Origin: Arthrobacter terrae
Lineage (GTDB): Bacteria > Actinomycetota > Actinomycetes > Actinomycetales > Micrococcaceae
Assembly (NCBI RefSeq): GCF_015708085.1
Contig: NZ_JADNYM010000018.1
Location: 61,708 to 93,707, forward strand
Length of the DNA stretch: 32,000 nt
Reading direction: 5' to 3'
The notes beneath the pieces were generated by a model. The model was not told the origin of the DNA and ran no database searches. It saw nothing but the letters and a program-made list of their open reading frames with translations. A program made the position numbers and the translations under genes. This document shows, piece by piece, positions 8,300 through 16,534 of the stretch (position 1 is its first letter; the number at the start of each line of letters is the position of its first letter).

Positions 8300-8901
8300 G
8301 CGGCATCGATCCTGCCCCCGCCTGCATACTCGTGGCCGGAGTCGGCAATATGTTCCTGCGCGATGACGGGTTCGGTCCGGAGGTCGCGCGTCTGATGGCA
8401 ACAGATGCGGCGATGCTCCTGCCCGGCGTCCGTGCGGTGGACTATGGCATCCGCGGAATGCATCTGGCCTATGATCTGCTTGACGGCGTGGATGCCCTGA
8501 TCCTGGTCGACACCGTGCCGGCACGGCGGGCAAGTGGCGGCAACGGATCCGGGAGTTCAAGTCCGGCGGCGGAAACGTACGGAGCCATCCGTGTTCTGCA
8601 GGTCCGCTCCGAGGATCTGCAGAACAATCACGGCGGCGGGCCAGCGGCCCTGGACCCGCACGGAATGGACCCGGTGGCTGTGCTGGACAGGCTGACGTCA
8701 CTGGGCGGCGGTGTTCCCCTGACATTTGTTGTGGGTTGCGTGCCCGGTGACTTGGCGGAAGGAATCGGACTTTCCGCTGCCGTGGCAGCCGCCATCCCGG
8801 AAGCGCTGAGCGCAATCGGGCAGCTAATCGAGGAAATTACTGAACGTCTTCCAGCGATAAGGAGAAATGGATCATGTGCCTGGGAATCCCTGGCCGGGTG
8901 A
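8296..8901 (+). CDS. hupD: hydrogenase maturation endopeptidase (HupD/HyaD/HybD family)
   Basis: Track ORF 7924-8901 trimmed to the GTG at 8296, which overlaps the upstream stop. Conserved ILVAGVGNMFLRDDGFG, ALILVDTV and DPHGMD metal-ligand contexts. A Gly/Ser-rich insertion is present. Confidence 0.88.
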   Translation: MSGIDPAPACILVAGVGNMFLRDDGFGPEVARLMATDAAMLLPGVRAVDYGIRGMHLAYDLLDGVDALILVDTVPARRASGGNGSGSSSPAAETYGAIRVLQVRSEDLQNNHGGGPAALDPHGMDPVAVLDRLTSLGGGVPLTFVVGCVPGDLAEGIGLSAAVAAAIPEALSAIGQLIEEITERLPAIRRNGSCAWESLAG

Positions 8902-9134
8902 TTGAGCTGCTCGCCGGCTACGGTGATCAGCTGGCTCTGGTGGACGTCGCCGGTGTACGGCGGAAAATCAACATCGGCCTGCTGGATGAGGGCCCGTTGA
9001 AGGCCGGAAGCTGGGTGATTATCCACATGGGCTTCGCGTTGGAGCGGGTGGACGCTGCCGGCGCCGAGCAGGCGATGGGGGGCCTGAAACTCATGGGTTC
9101 CGGTCCGGACGAGGACGCGTCAGCCCCAGGCTAA
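8874..9134 (+). CDS. hypC: hydrogenase assembly chaperone HypC/HupF family
   Basis: 86 aa. Diagnostic N-terminus MCLGIPGRV with essential Cys2. AGGAG RBS. 28-nt overlap with the protease gene. Confidence 0.92.
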   Translation: MCLGIPGRVIELLAGYGDQLALVDVAGVRRKINIGLLDEGPLKAGSWVIIHMGFALERVDAAGAEQAMGGLKLMGSGPDEDASAPG

Positions 9135-9904
9135 TGTTCCAGCGCTACGGCAGTGCCGCGGTGTTCGACGCCGGTGTTGGCGATCTTCAGATGCCGGACG
9201 GTAAAGTGCTGCAGCCGCTGCAGCTGCAGCGGGGTGAGCCTGTCGCAGACCCAATCCCAGTGCAGCGAGACCGCATCGCCGACGGCCAGATCGGTGACAA
9301 AGCCGGTGCCCGCAACGGCATGCTTGGCGGTCTCCACGATTGCCGGGCCCAGGCTGAGCACCGCACCGTCCCAGACCAGCGGCTGCGAGCGCACCAATGC
9401 CTCATCCCCGGTCACGGCCAACACCTCGCCCCAGCGGATCCGGCACTGGTCCAGCACGTTCAGCGCTGTCGGGTATCTGCGGTCATCGCGGAGCAGCCCC
9501 AGCCATGGATAGATCTCGAAGACGTGGAAACTGTGGTGCGGCACCCCGCCGGCAAGCACCCCCTCGACCAGATGCGGGAACTGCATTCCCGTCCGGGCCC
9601 GGAAGCGGTCCTCCATCGAGTTGCCGATGTTCCGCACGCCGACAGTGTCCAGCAGCGTGTTACCGACCCAGTAGGCCTCCACCACCCGGTAATCCAGTGG
9701 ATCGGCTATTTTGGTGGCCCCGGCGATCAGTTCAAGATACGGCCACGCGCCGGCGAATCCTTTTGCCAGCTCCTTCAATCCCCGGTCCGTCACTCCGGAC
9801 TGACCATAGTGCAGAAGGGCATCGCTGTCTTCGGGCCCGCAACTACCCCGCGAATTGGGCGGATACGCGTAACGGACAAACAGCTGGGCACCGTTAATAA
9901 CCAT
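9131..9904 (-). CDS. conserved hypothetical protein convergent to hypC (I recall DUF6390-type proteins near hyp genes; needs an HMM check)
   Basis: Track ORF 9131-10378 trimmed to the ATG at 9904 (MVINGAQLFVRYAYPP...) with a GGAGCGAGG RBS. 257 aa of protein-like composition. The overlapping plus-strand ORF 9134-9931 is R/Q/H/P-rich antisense noise. Its stop (9131-9133) overlaps the hypC stop (9132-9134). Confidence 0.7.
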   Translation of the reverse strand: MVINGAQLFVRYAYPPNSRGSCGPEDSDALLHYGQSGVTDRGLKELAKGFAGAWPYLELIAGATKIADPLDYRVVEAYWVGNTLLDTVGVRNIGNSMEDRFRARTGMQFPHLVEGVLAGGVPHHSFHVFEIYPWLGLLRDDRRYPTALNVLDQCRIRWGEVLAVTGDEALVRSQPLVWDGAVLSLGPAIVETAKHAVAGTGFVTDLAVGDAVSLHWDWVCDRLTPLQLQRLQHFTVRHLKIANTGVEHRGTAVALEH

Positions 9905-10009
9905 GATTTGGCCTCGCTCCACAACAGGTGATTTTGACGCTAGCACCACCACCCGCAGCCCACAAGGATCAGTACCGGAGCCGGAGCCGGAGAAGATCTC
10001 GCAGTGCCG

Positions 10010-10038
10010 TTGACAGCCCTGCCGTTCGGGCGGATGCT
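10010..10038 (+). promoter_or_regulatory. candidate sigma70-type promoter for the ABC importer operon
   Basis: Perfect TTGACA at 10010-10015, a 17-nt spacer, then GATGCT at 10033-10038. It lies about 55 nt upstream of the GTG start at 10094. Confidence 0.35.
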
Positions 10039-10093
10039 GTGAGCAATCGAAGAGAACATACTTTGCTGATCTTTCCCATAAGGAGGCCAGCCC

Positions 10094-11251
10094 GTGAGCA
10101 ACCCCGACATGAGCCGCCGTTCGGTTCTGTCCATGATGATGCTCGGCGGCGGCGCGGTTCTTCTGTCCTCGTGCGGGGATAACAGCGCTGCGGCCCCGGA
10201 AGGCACCACTGCGCGAAGCAGCACTCCGGCGTTGGCCCAACGCATCAGTGTCACCGACCAGCGGGGCAGGACATTGACGTTCGACAGGCCTGTTACCAGC
10301 GTGGTGACCATTCCGATGCCCGCCGCGTCTTTGCTGGTCGCCGTTGATCAGAGCGCTGACCATCTGAGCGGGATGCATAATGCCTCGTGGCTGGCCATGC
10401 GGGACGGCACCATGGGCAAATTATTTCCGAATGCCTTGAAGGTCCCGCACGAGATTGCCACGGCGGACTTTACCCCGAATGTGGAAAGCATCCGGGCGCT
10501 GAACCCGGATGTCGTGGTGCAGTGGAGCGATTCCCAACTCACCGAACCACTGGAGAACGCCGGGCTGAAGGTTCTTGGCTTGACCAACACCGGACAACAG
10601 TCGGACGTTGACACCTGGGTCACCCTGTTCTCGGAAATGCTGGGCAAGCCGGAGCGGGCCAGTGCGATGAAATCCCGCAGCGACCATGAGCTCACCAGGA
10701 TCCGGGCTCTGGCGTCCGGCCGGTCGCGCCCAGGACCGGGGATTCTGTATTTCAACCGCTTCACGGGAGGTCTCAAGGTAGCCGCGAACGGGAGCTACAA
10801 CGATTTCTATATCAAACTGGTGGGCGGCAGCAATCCCGCCACCGCGGATACCGGAGTCAAGGGCTCCGGCATGGTGGGCGTGGACGTGGAGCAGGTCCTG
10901 GCATGGAATCCCGAGGTCATCCTGCTGGGCAACTTCGATGGCGCCCTGCCTCAGGATCTCTATTCAGACCCGGTCTGGCAGAACGTTGCGGCGGTGCGTC
11001 ATCGGAGGGTCTATAAGGTTCCCCTCGGCGGATACCGCTGGGACCCACCGGGCCAGGAATCGCCGCTCATGTGGCAGTGGCTCACGGACATCAGCTTTCC
11101 AGGCCAGGTCCCTTCCCCGCTGCGCGGTGCCATCCCGGACTATTACCGCTTCCTGTATGGCCGGGCTCCCGATTCGGCGGAAATAGACACCATGTTGTGG
11201 ATGAGCGTGAACAGCCAGTCAGCTGACTACGAACAGTTCCGTGGCGCGTGA
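10094..11251 (+). CDS. ABC transporter substrate-binding lipoprotein, Fe-siderophore/heme/B12 class
   Basis: 385 aa. GTG start with AAGGAGG RBS. Tat-like SRRSVL motif followed by lipobox LLSSC. Overall periplasmic-binding-protein (FecB/BtuF-like) layout, and genetic linkage to a FecCD permease. Confidence 0.85.
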   Translation: MSNPDMSRRSVLSMMMLGGGAVLLSSCGDNSAAAPEGTTARSSTPALAQRISVTDQRGRTLTFDRPVTSVVTIPMPAASLLVAVDQSADHLSGMHNASWLAMRDGTMGKLFPNALKVPHEIATADFTPNVESIRALNPDVVVQWSDSQLTEPLENAGLKVLGLTNTGQQSDVDTWVTLFSEMLGKPERASAMKSRSDHELTRIRALASGRSRPGPGILYFNRFTGGLKVAANGSYNDFYIKLVGGSNPATADTGVKGSGMVGVDVEQVLAWNPEVILLGNFDGALPQDLYSDPVWQNVAAVRHRRVYKVPLGGYRWDPPGQESPLMWQWLTDISFPGQVPSPLRGAIPDYYRFLYGRAPDSAEIDTMLWMSVNSQSADYEQFRGA

Positions 11252-12317
11252 GGTCCGGGAGCTGAGGCCTAAGAGACTCGGTGCACCGGCAGTACGGTCT
11301 GTTCCGCGGATAATCGGCCCGATGGCAGGCACGGCACTTTTGCTGCTCGCCTTGGCAGTGCTCGCGCTGACGGTAGGCCGCTACCACGTACCGTTCTGGC
11401 ATGTAGTACAGATCCTTGCCTCCCGGGTACTTCCGCTGGATACGCCCATGAACAGTTCCGAAGAAACCGTAGTGCTCTTGGTCCGGCTCCCCCGGGTTCT
11501 GCTGGCGCTGCTGGTGGGCGGCGGCCTTGCCATTGGCGGCGCCGCGCTGCAGGCCATCTTTCGTAATCCGCTGGTCAGCCCGGAAATCATCGGCGTATCG
11601 GCCGGGGCGTCCTTTGGCGGTGCACTGGCCCTGCTGTTTGGCCTGGGCTCCCTGGTGCTGGTGAGCGGATCCTTTGCCTTCGGGTTAGCGGCGCTTGGCC
11701 TGCTCTTCCTGATTACCTCCGGTCGCGGCGGCACACCGATGCTCATGATCGTGCTCGGCGGCGTCGTCGTGGGATCGTTCTTCTCCGCGCTGGTGGCACT
11801 GATCACCTACATCGCCGATCCGTTCACCACCTTGCCTGCGATCGTCTTCTGGCTGCTGGGAAGTGTAGCGACGGCGAATTATGCAAAGGTCCTGATCGCC
11901 GTTATCCCGATTCTGGCCGGGACCGGTGTGCTGTTGGCCCTGCGCTGGCGGATCAATGTGCTGTCCCTCGGTGATGAGGATGCCGCCGCACTGGGTCTGC
12001 GGCCCCGCACCTTACGTGTGGTGGTCCTGATCGCCGTCGCACTCATCGTGGCCGGCGCGGTGGCCGTCAGCGGAGTGATCAGCTGGGTGGGACTGGTCAT
12101 CCCGCACCTGGCCCGCATGTGGGTGGGGCCCGACCACCGGGTGCTGCTGCCGGTGTGCTTTGCGCTGGGCGGGTGCTACCTCATCGCAGTAGACACTGTG
12201 GCGCGCACCGCCACAGCCGGGGAGATCCCGTTAGGTGTGCTGACCGCACTGATCGGTGCGCCGGTTTTCTTTTTGTTGCTGCGCCATAACCGGGACAGGA
12301 TTTGGGACAGTGCTTGA
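11241..12317 (+). CDS. FecCD-family ABC transporter permease
   Basis: 358 aa and multi-TM. Motif LQAIFRNPLVSPEIIGVSAGAS is typical of the FecCD/BtuC family. The start is uncertain: the 11241 alternative start overlaps the SBP gene by 11 nt, and ATG at 11322 is also possible. Confidence 0.88.
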   Translation: MAREVRELRPKRLGAPAVRSVPRIIGPMAGTALLLLALAVLALTVGRYHVPFWHVVQILASRVLPLDTPMNSSEETVVLLVRLPRVLLALLVGGGLAIGGAALQAIFRNPLVSPEIIGVSAGASFGGALALLFGLGSLVLVSGSFAFGLAALGLLFLITSGRGGTPMLMIVLGGVVVGSFFSALVALITYIADPFTTLPAIVFWLLGSVATANYAKVLIAVIPILAGTGVLLALRWRINVLSLGDEDAAALGLRPRTLRVVVLIAVALIVAGAVAVSGVISWVGLVIPHLARMWVGPDHRVLLPVCFALGGCYLIAVDTVARTATAGEIPLGVLTALIGAPVFFLLLRHNRDRIWDSA

Positions 12318-13110
12318 GCTGGACCACGTTGCCTATGGATACCGGGCGGCCGAACACATTTTCCGCGATGTCAGTTTCCGGGTGTCGGCGGGTACCGCGA
12401 CGGCGGTCCTGGGGCCCAACGGCAGCGGCAAGACCACGCTGGTCCGCTGTGCGGCCGGGCTTCTGGCGCCTACCGAGGGCACCATCACCAGGCTGGAAAC
12501 GGTGGGCTATGTACCGCAGGCCCACAGCAGCTCCTTCGCCTACCGTGCGCTGGATATGGTGCTCATGGGCAGGGCGCGCCAGGTCCGCATTTTTCGTTCC
12601 CCGGGTGCGGCCGATCGGTTCGCAGCGCTGCGGGCCATGGAGCGGGTCGGTATCGCGGACCTGGCAGACCGGCTCTTTCCCACACTCAGCGGAGGCGAAC
12701 AGCAGCTGGTCTTCATTGCCCGCGCCATCGCCACGGGCTGCCCGCTGCTTGTCCTGGATGAACCATCCACCGGATTGGACCTCAAGAACCAGGTGCGTGT
12801 GCTGACCCTGCTGCGGGATTTGAAAGCGGACGGGATGGCCCTTTTGCTCAGTACCCACGAGCCGGATCATGCGCTGTACCTGGCCGATTCTGTGGTCCTG
12901 ATGCACCGGGACGGCGTAGTGGCCGGGAGTGCCGCGGAATTATTGACCGCCGCCCAGCTGAGCGGCCTTTACGGCGTCGGCGTCAGCACCCTGGAGTACC
13001 AGGAGGGCAACGGGGCCCGGCGCCGGACCGTCGTCCCGCGGTACGGGTCCGCGAAAACCCTGCTGTCCGGTGATAGCCAGTTGCCGCCGTCGGCCCCGAT
13101 CAACAGTTGA
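12310..13110 (+). CDS. ABC transporter ATP-binding protein (FecE/BtuD-like)
   Basis: Track ORF trimmed to the GTG at 12310, which overlaps the permease stop by 8 nt. Walker A GPNGSGKTT, signature LSGGEQQ, Walker B LLVLDEP. Confidence 0.9.
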   Translation: MLELDHVAYGYRAAEHIFRDVSFRVSAGTATAVLGPNGSGKTTLVRCAAGLLAPTEGTITRLETVGYVPQAHSSSFAYRALDMVLMGRARQVRIFRSPGAADRFAALRAMERVGIADLADRLFPTLSGGEQQLVFIARAIATGCPLLVLDEPSTGLDLKNQVRVLTLLRDLKADGMALLLSTHEPDHALYLADSVVLMHRDGVVAGSAAELLTAAQLSGLYGVGVSTLEYQEGNGARRRTVVPRYGSAKTLLSGDSQLPPSAPINS

Positions 13111-13138
13111 GGCCCACGTTCTCCCGCGAACATGGGCC
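13111..13138. terminator. candidate bidirectional hairpin between convergent ABC ATPase and dctA genes
   Basis: GGCCCACGTT (13111-13120) pairs with AACATGGGCC (13129-13138) at 9 of 10 positions around an 8-nt loop. It sits in the 48-nt convergent gap. There is no clear U-tract. Confidence 0.4.
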
Positions 13139-13158
13139 CGAACCGCACGCTCGATCCG

Positions 13159-14598
13159 CTAGACGCCGACTTTTTCTTTGTGCGCCAGCGACCCTCCCGC
13201 TGGGACTTCCTGAAGGGGCTCCACAGCGGCTTCCGCCACCTGCGCAGGCTGCCGTACCCCGTCCTCGTGCGCAATCATTGTCGCTTCATCGAACGGCTCA
13301 AGCCGATCCAGGACCCGGTCAACGCGGCCCCGGTCGATTTCCTTGACCCAGGTGCCCATCAGCACCGTGGCCACCGCGTTGCCGGTGAAGTTTGTCAGGG
13401 CACGCGCCTCGGACATAAACCGGTCAATGCCGACGATGAACGAGACGCCGCCGACCAGATCAGGCCGGTGCGAGGCCAGCCCGCCGGCCAGCGTGGCAAG
13501 TCCGGCGCCACTGACCCCGGCCGCACCCTTGGACGCAATAATCATGAAAACCAGCAGCCCGATCTGCGAACCGATGTCCAGCGGCTTACCCATCGCCGAA
13601 GCGATGAACAACGCGGACATGGTGAGGTAAATAGCTGTGCCGTCCAGATTGAAGGAGTAGCCGGTGGGTACGGTGATGCCCACAACCGGCTTGGAAACGC
13701 CCAGGTGCTCCATCTTGGCGATCAGCCTTGGCAGCGCCACCTCGGAGGAGGAGGTGGAAACGATCAGCAGGTATTCCCGGCCCAGGTACCGCATCAGCTT
13801 GAAAATGTTCACGCCGGTGGCGAGCTTTAGGATGGTCCCCAGGATGAACACGATGAAGATTGCGCAGGTCAGGTAGAACGCACCCATCAGGGACAGCAGG
13901 CTCAGCACCGCCTGCCAGCCGGTCAGTCCGACGACGGCGGCAATGGCACCGAAGGCGCCTACCGGGGCCAGCCACATGACCATGATCAGAATGCGGAACA
14001 CCACGGCCTGGATATGCGCGATTCCGGTGAGGATCGGCTTCCCTGCTTTGCCCATTTTCTGCAGCGCAAACCCAACCAGCAGCGCCACCAGCAGCGTCTG
14101 CAGAATGTTAGTGCCGGTCAGTGATGAAAGCAGCGAGGTGGGAATGATACCCAGCAGGAATTCGGTGCTGGAAGCACTTTCCGCGGGTGCCTTGTAGACG
14201 GCATCCTGCAGGTGCAGGCCGGCACCGGGCTGGATGATGTTTCCGACCAACAAGCCAATAGCCAGGGCGAAGGTGGACATCACCATGAAGTAGATCAGTG
14301 CCAGGCCGCCCACCTTGCCGACCGTTGCGGCCTTGGCTATCGAGCCAATCCCGAGCACAATGGTGCAGAAGATAATCGGCGCGATCATCATTTTGATCAA
14401 TGCGATGAAAGCGTCGCCCAGCGGCTTCAGCTGGGCCGCCACGCCGGTTTTGCCCGGGAAGACCAATCCGACAACGACGCCCAGGATCACCGCAACGACG
14501 ACGGCAATGTACAACCAGTGGGTCCTGTCGAGTCCCTTGCGGCGGACCGCAGGTCTAGCTGATCCTGCTCGAGACGAATGTTCCTGCCGTGAGCTCAT
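13159..14598 (-). CDS. dctA: C4-dicarboxylate/cation symporter DctA (DAACS family)
   Basis: 479 aa and multi-TM. Family motifs SSSEVALP and VPTGYSFNLDGT. AAAGGAA RBS. Confidence 0.92.
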   Translation of the reverse strand: MSSRQEHSSRAGSARPAVRRKGLDRTHWLYIAVVVAVILGVVVGLVFPGKTGVAAQLKPLGDAFIALIKMMIAPIIFCTIVLGIGSIAKAATVGKVGGLALIYFMVMSTFALAIGLLVGNIIQPGAGLHLQDAVYKAPAESASSTEFLLGIIPTSLLSSLTGTNILQTLLVALLVGFALQKMGKAGKPILTGIAHIQAVVFRILIMVMWLAPVGAFGAIAAVVGLTGWQAVLSLLSLMGAFYLTCAIFIVFILGTILKLATGVNIFKLMRYLGREYLLIVSTSSSEVALPRLIAKMEHLGVSKPVVGITVPTGYSFNLDGTAIYLTMSALFIASAMGKPLDIGSQIGLLVFMIIASKGAAGVSGAGLATLAGGLASHRPDLVGGVSFIVGIDRFMSEARALTNFTGNAVATVLMGTWVKEIDRGRVDRVLDRLEPFDEATMIAHEDGVRQPAQVAEAAVEPLQEVPAGGSLAHKEKVGV

Positions 14599-14791
14599 CG
14601 CGTGTTCCTTTAGCTAGTCTTGAGGGGCGGTGTGTGCACCGCGTCTTGACCAGCATGGCCGCTGATGTGATTGTGATCACCGTTGCGTTCATATTGTTCA
14701 CAGTTTTTATCCCGGCAGCTTTCAATATGTCAGTTTCCGATTTGTCAGTTGTCAGCCGCGCAGGTGCCCGCACCGGGAGGAGTCAATACTC
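14599..14791. promoter_or_regulatory. divergent dctA / sensor-kinase control region with repeat motifs
   Basis: 193-bp region of lower GC. Three TGTCAG copies at 14728, 14743 and 14750. Tandem TGTGAT TGTGAT (14666-14677) running into the palindrome GTGATCAC (14673-14680). Inverted repeat GCGGTG-n4-CACCGC (14627-14642). Confidence 0.45.
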
Positions 14792-16534
14792 ATGATCCGT
14801 AGTTGGAGCCTTGCACGCCGGCTCTTTACCGCGCACGTCCTTTTTGTGCTGCTGCTCACCGCGGTGCTGGGCGTGCTGCTGTTCACCGAAGCACGCAACC
14901 AGTCATACAGCCAGGCACGGGAGCGAATGGTGTCCATAGCAGGAACGGTGGCAGACAACCCACTGGTCCTCACGGCCGCCGATTCGGCCGATCCGGCCGG
15001 ATTGCTGCAGCCCTACGCGCTACGGGTAATGGCCGACGCAGGGGTGGATTTCGTCACCATCATGGCACCGGACCGCACCCGCTGGACCCATCCGGACCCG
15101 GCAGAAATCGGCCGTCGCTACATCGGCTCGATCGATCAGGCGCTTGCCGGAAATACGTATACGGAAGTGACCACCGGGACTCTGGGCCCCTCCGTGCGCG
15201 CAATAGTCCCGGTCAAGGACTCAACCGGGAAGATCCGCGCACTGGTGGCATCCGGGGTGACCGTTCCCACCGTGGAGGTTGCGCTGGAGGCAAGACTCCC
15301 GGCCGTCATCGGTATCGCCGCAGCCCTGCTGCTGGGCGGCTCATTGATTTCCTGGCTGCTCGGGCGCTATCTGCGCAAGGTCACTCTGGGATGGGGGCCC
15401 GAACGGCTCGGACAGCTTTTTGTTTATTACGAATCCGTGCTGCACTCGGTCCGTGACGGGCTGGTGTTGACGGATCACCAGGGCGAACTGGTGATGTACA
15501 ACGACCAGGCAGCGCAGCTGCTGGGGATTGCGGCGCCCGGCGGGAACGGGCAGGCCCCAAGACTGGCGGAACTGGATTTGCCACCCTCGCTGGCGGAACT
15601 GCTTCATAGCGGACGGACGGCCAAAGACGAGCTGCACCTGACGCAGGAGCGCCTGCTGGTGGTCAGCCAGGAACCGGCACGCGCTCCCGGATCCGGGACA
15701 TCCGCCGGTTCCGGCGCGCCCAGCATCGGGACCGTGACCACGGTGCAGGACCACACCGTCATCGCCGAGCTTGGCGACGAGCTCCGTTCGACCCAGACGC
15801 TAACGGATGCGCTGCGCGCACAGACCCATGAGCATGCGAATCGAATCCACACGCTGGTGTCGTTACTGGAGCTGGGCCGGACGGATCAAGCGCTGGAATT
15901 TGCCACGGCGGATCTGCAGTTAAGCCAGCGGCTCGCGGACGAGGTTCTGAATGCGGCGGACGAGCCGGTGCTCAGCGCCCTGTTAATGGGCAAGATCGCC
16001 CAGGCCAACGAACGTGGGATTGAGCTGCGGGTCAGCACCGAAACGCGAACCCGGTTTTCCGGTCTGCGCGCACACGACGCCGTCACAATTCTGGGTAACC
16101 TGCTGGACAATGCGATGGATGCGGCGGCTGAAGGGGAAGAGCCGCGCTGGGTTGCCCTCCACCTCGGGCCTACCGTGGACGGACTGCAGCTGGAGGTCTC
16201 CGACAGCGGGCCTGGTCTGGATCCGGTACAGACCGCCGGCATCCTCGCCAAGGGTTTCAGTACCAAGCAGTCCGGCGGCGCCGGTCGCGGAATCGGGCTG
16301 GCGCTGGTCCGGCAGACGGTCCAGCGCCTGGGCGGGCAGCTGATCATTGCCGGACGCGCAGGCGTGCCTGACACGGCAGGAGCAGCAGGGACAGCCGGTG
16401 CCGACGGGACAGCCGGTGCTGTATTCACCGTCGTTCTTCCCTTAGCCCCGGACCCGGACTCTTTTGCGCCCGTTGGCGAACACCCCGTTGGCGGACGCCC
16501 TTTTAGCGAACACCCCGTCGGTGAGCGCGGATGA
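14792..16534 (+). CDS. DcuS/CitA-family sensor histidine kinase
   Basis: 580 aa. Two TM segments flank a periplasmic sensor domain. H-box LRAQTHEHANRIHTLVSLLELG is typical of the CitA/DcuS family. N-box LLDNAMDAA, then DSGPGL and GRGIGLALV. GGGAGGAG RBS. Confidence 0.9.
   Translation: MIRSWSLARRLFTAHVLFVLLLTAVLGVLLFTEARNQSYSQARERMVSIAGTVADNPLVLTAADSADPAGLLQPYALRVMADAGVDFVTIMAPDRTRWTHPDPAEIGRRYIGSIDQALAGNTYTEVTTGTLGPSVRAIVPVKDSTGKIRALVASGVTVPTVEVALEARLPAVIGIAAALLLGGSLISWLLGRYLRKVTLGWGPERLGQLFVYYESVLHSVRDGLVLTDHQGELVMYNDQAAQLLGIAAPGGNGQAPRLAELDLPPSLAELLHSGRTAKDELHLTQERLLVVSQEPARAPGSGTSAGSGAPSIGTVTTVQDHTVIAELGDELRSTQTLTDALRAQTHEHANRIHTLVSLLELGRTDQALEFATADLQLSQRLADEVLNAADEPVLSALLMGKIAQANERGIELRVSTETRTRFSGLRAHDAVTILGNLLDNAMDAAAEGEEPRWVALHLGPTVDGLQLEVSDSGPGLDPVQTAGILAKGFSTKQSGGAGRGIGLALVRQTVQRLGGQLIIAGRAGVPDTAGAAGTAGADGTAGAVFTVVLPLAPDPDSFAPVGEHPVGGRPFSEHPVGERG

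Noticed and set aside
9905-10093. Possible cobalamin riboswitch upstream of the B12/siderophore-class ABC importer. There is weak resemblance in ACCCGCAGCC and GACAGCCCTGCC to the conserved core and B12 box.
   Set aside because: The conserved GGGAA/GGTG..A.TCC elements and a proper B12 box (AG.CAGGA.ACCTGCC) are absent. A good TTGACA-17-GATGCT promoter sits inside the region, leaving a leader too short for a riboswitch. A covariance-model scan (Rfam RF00174) would settle it.
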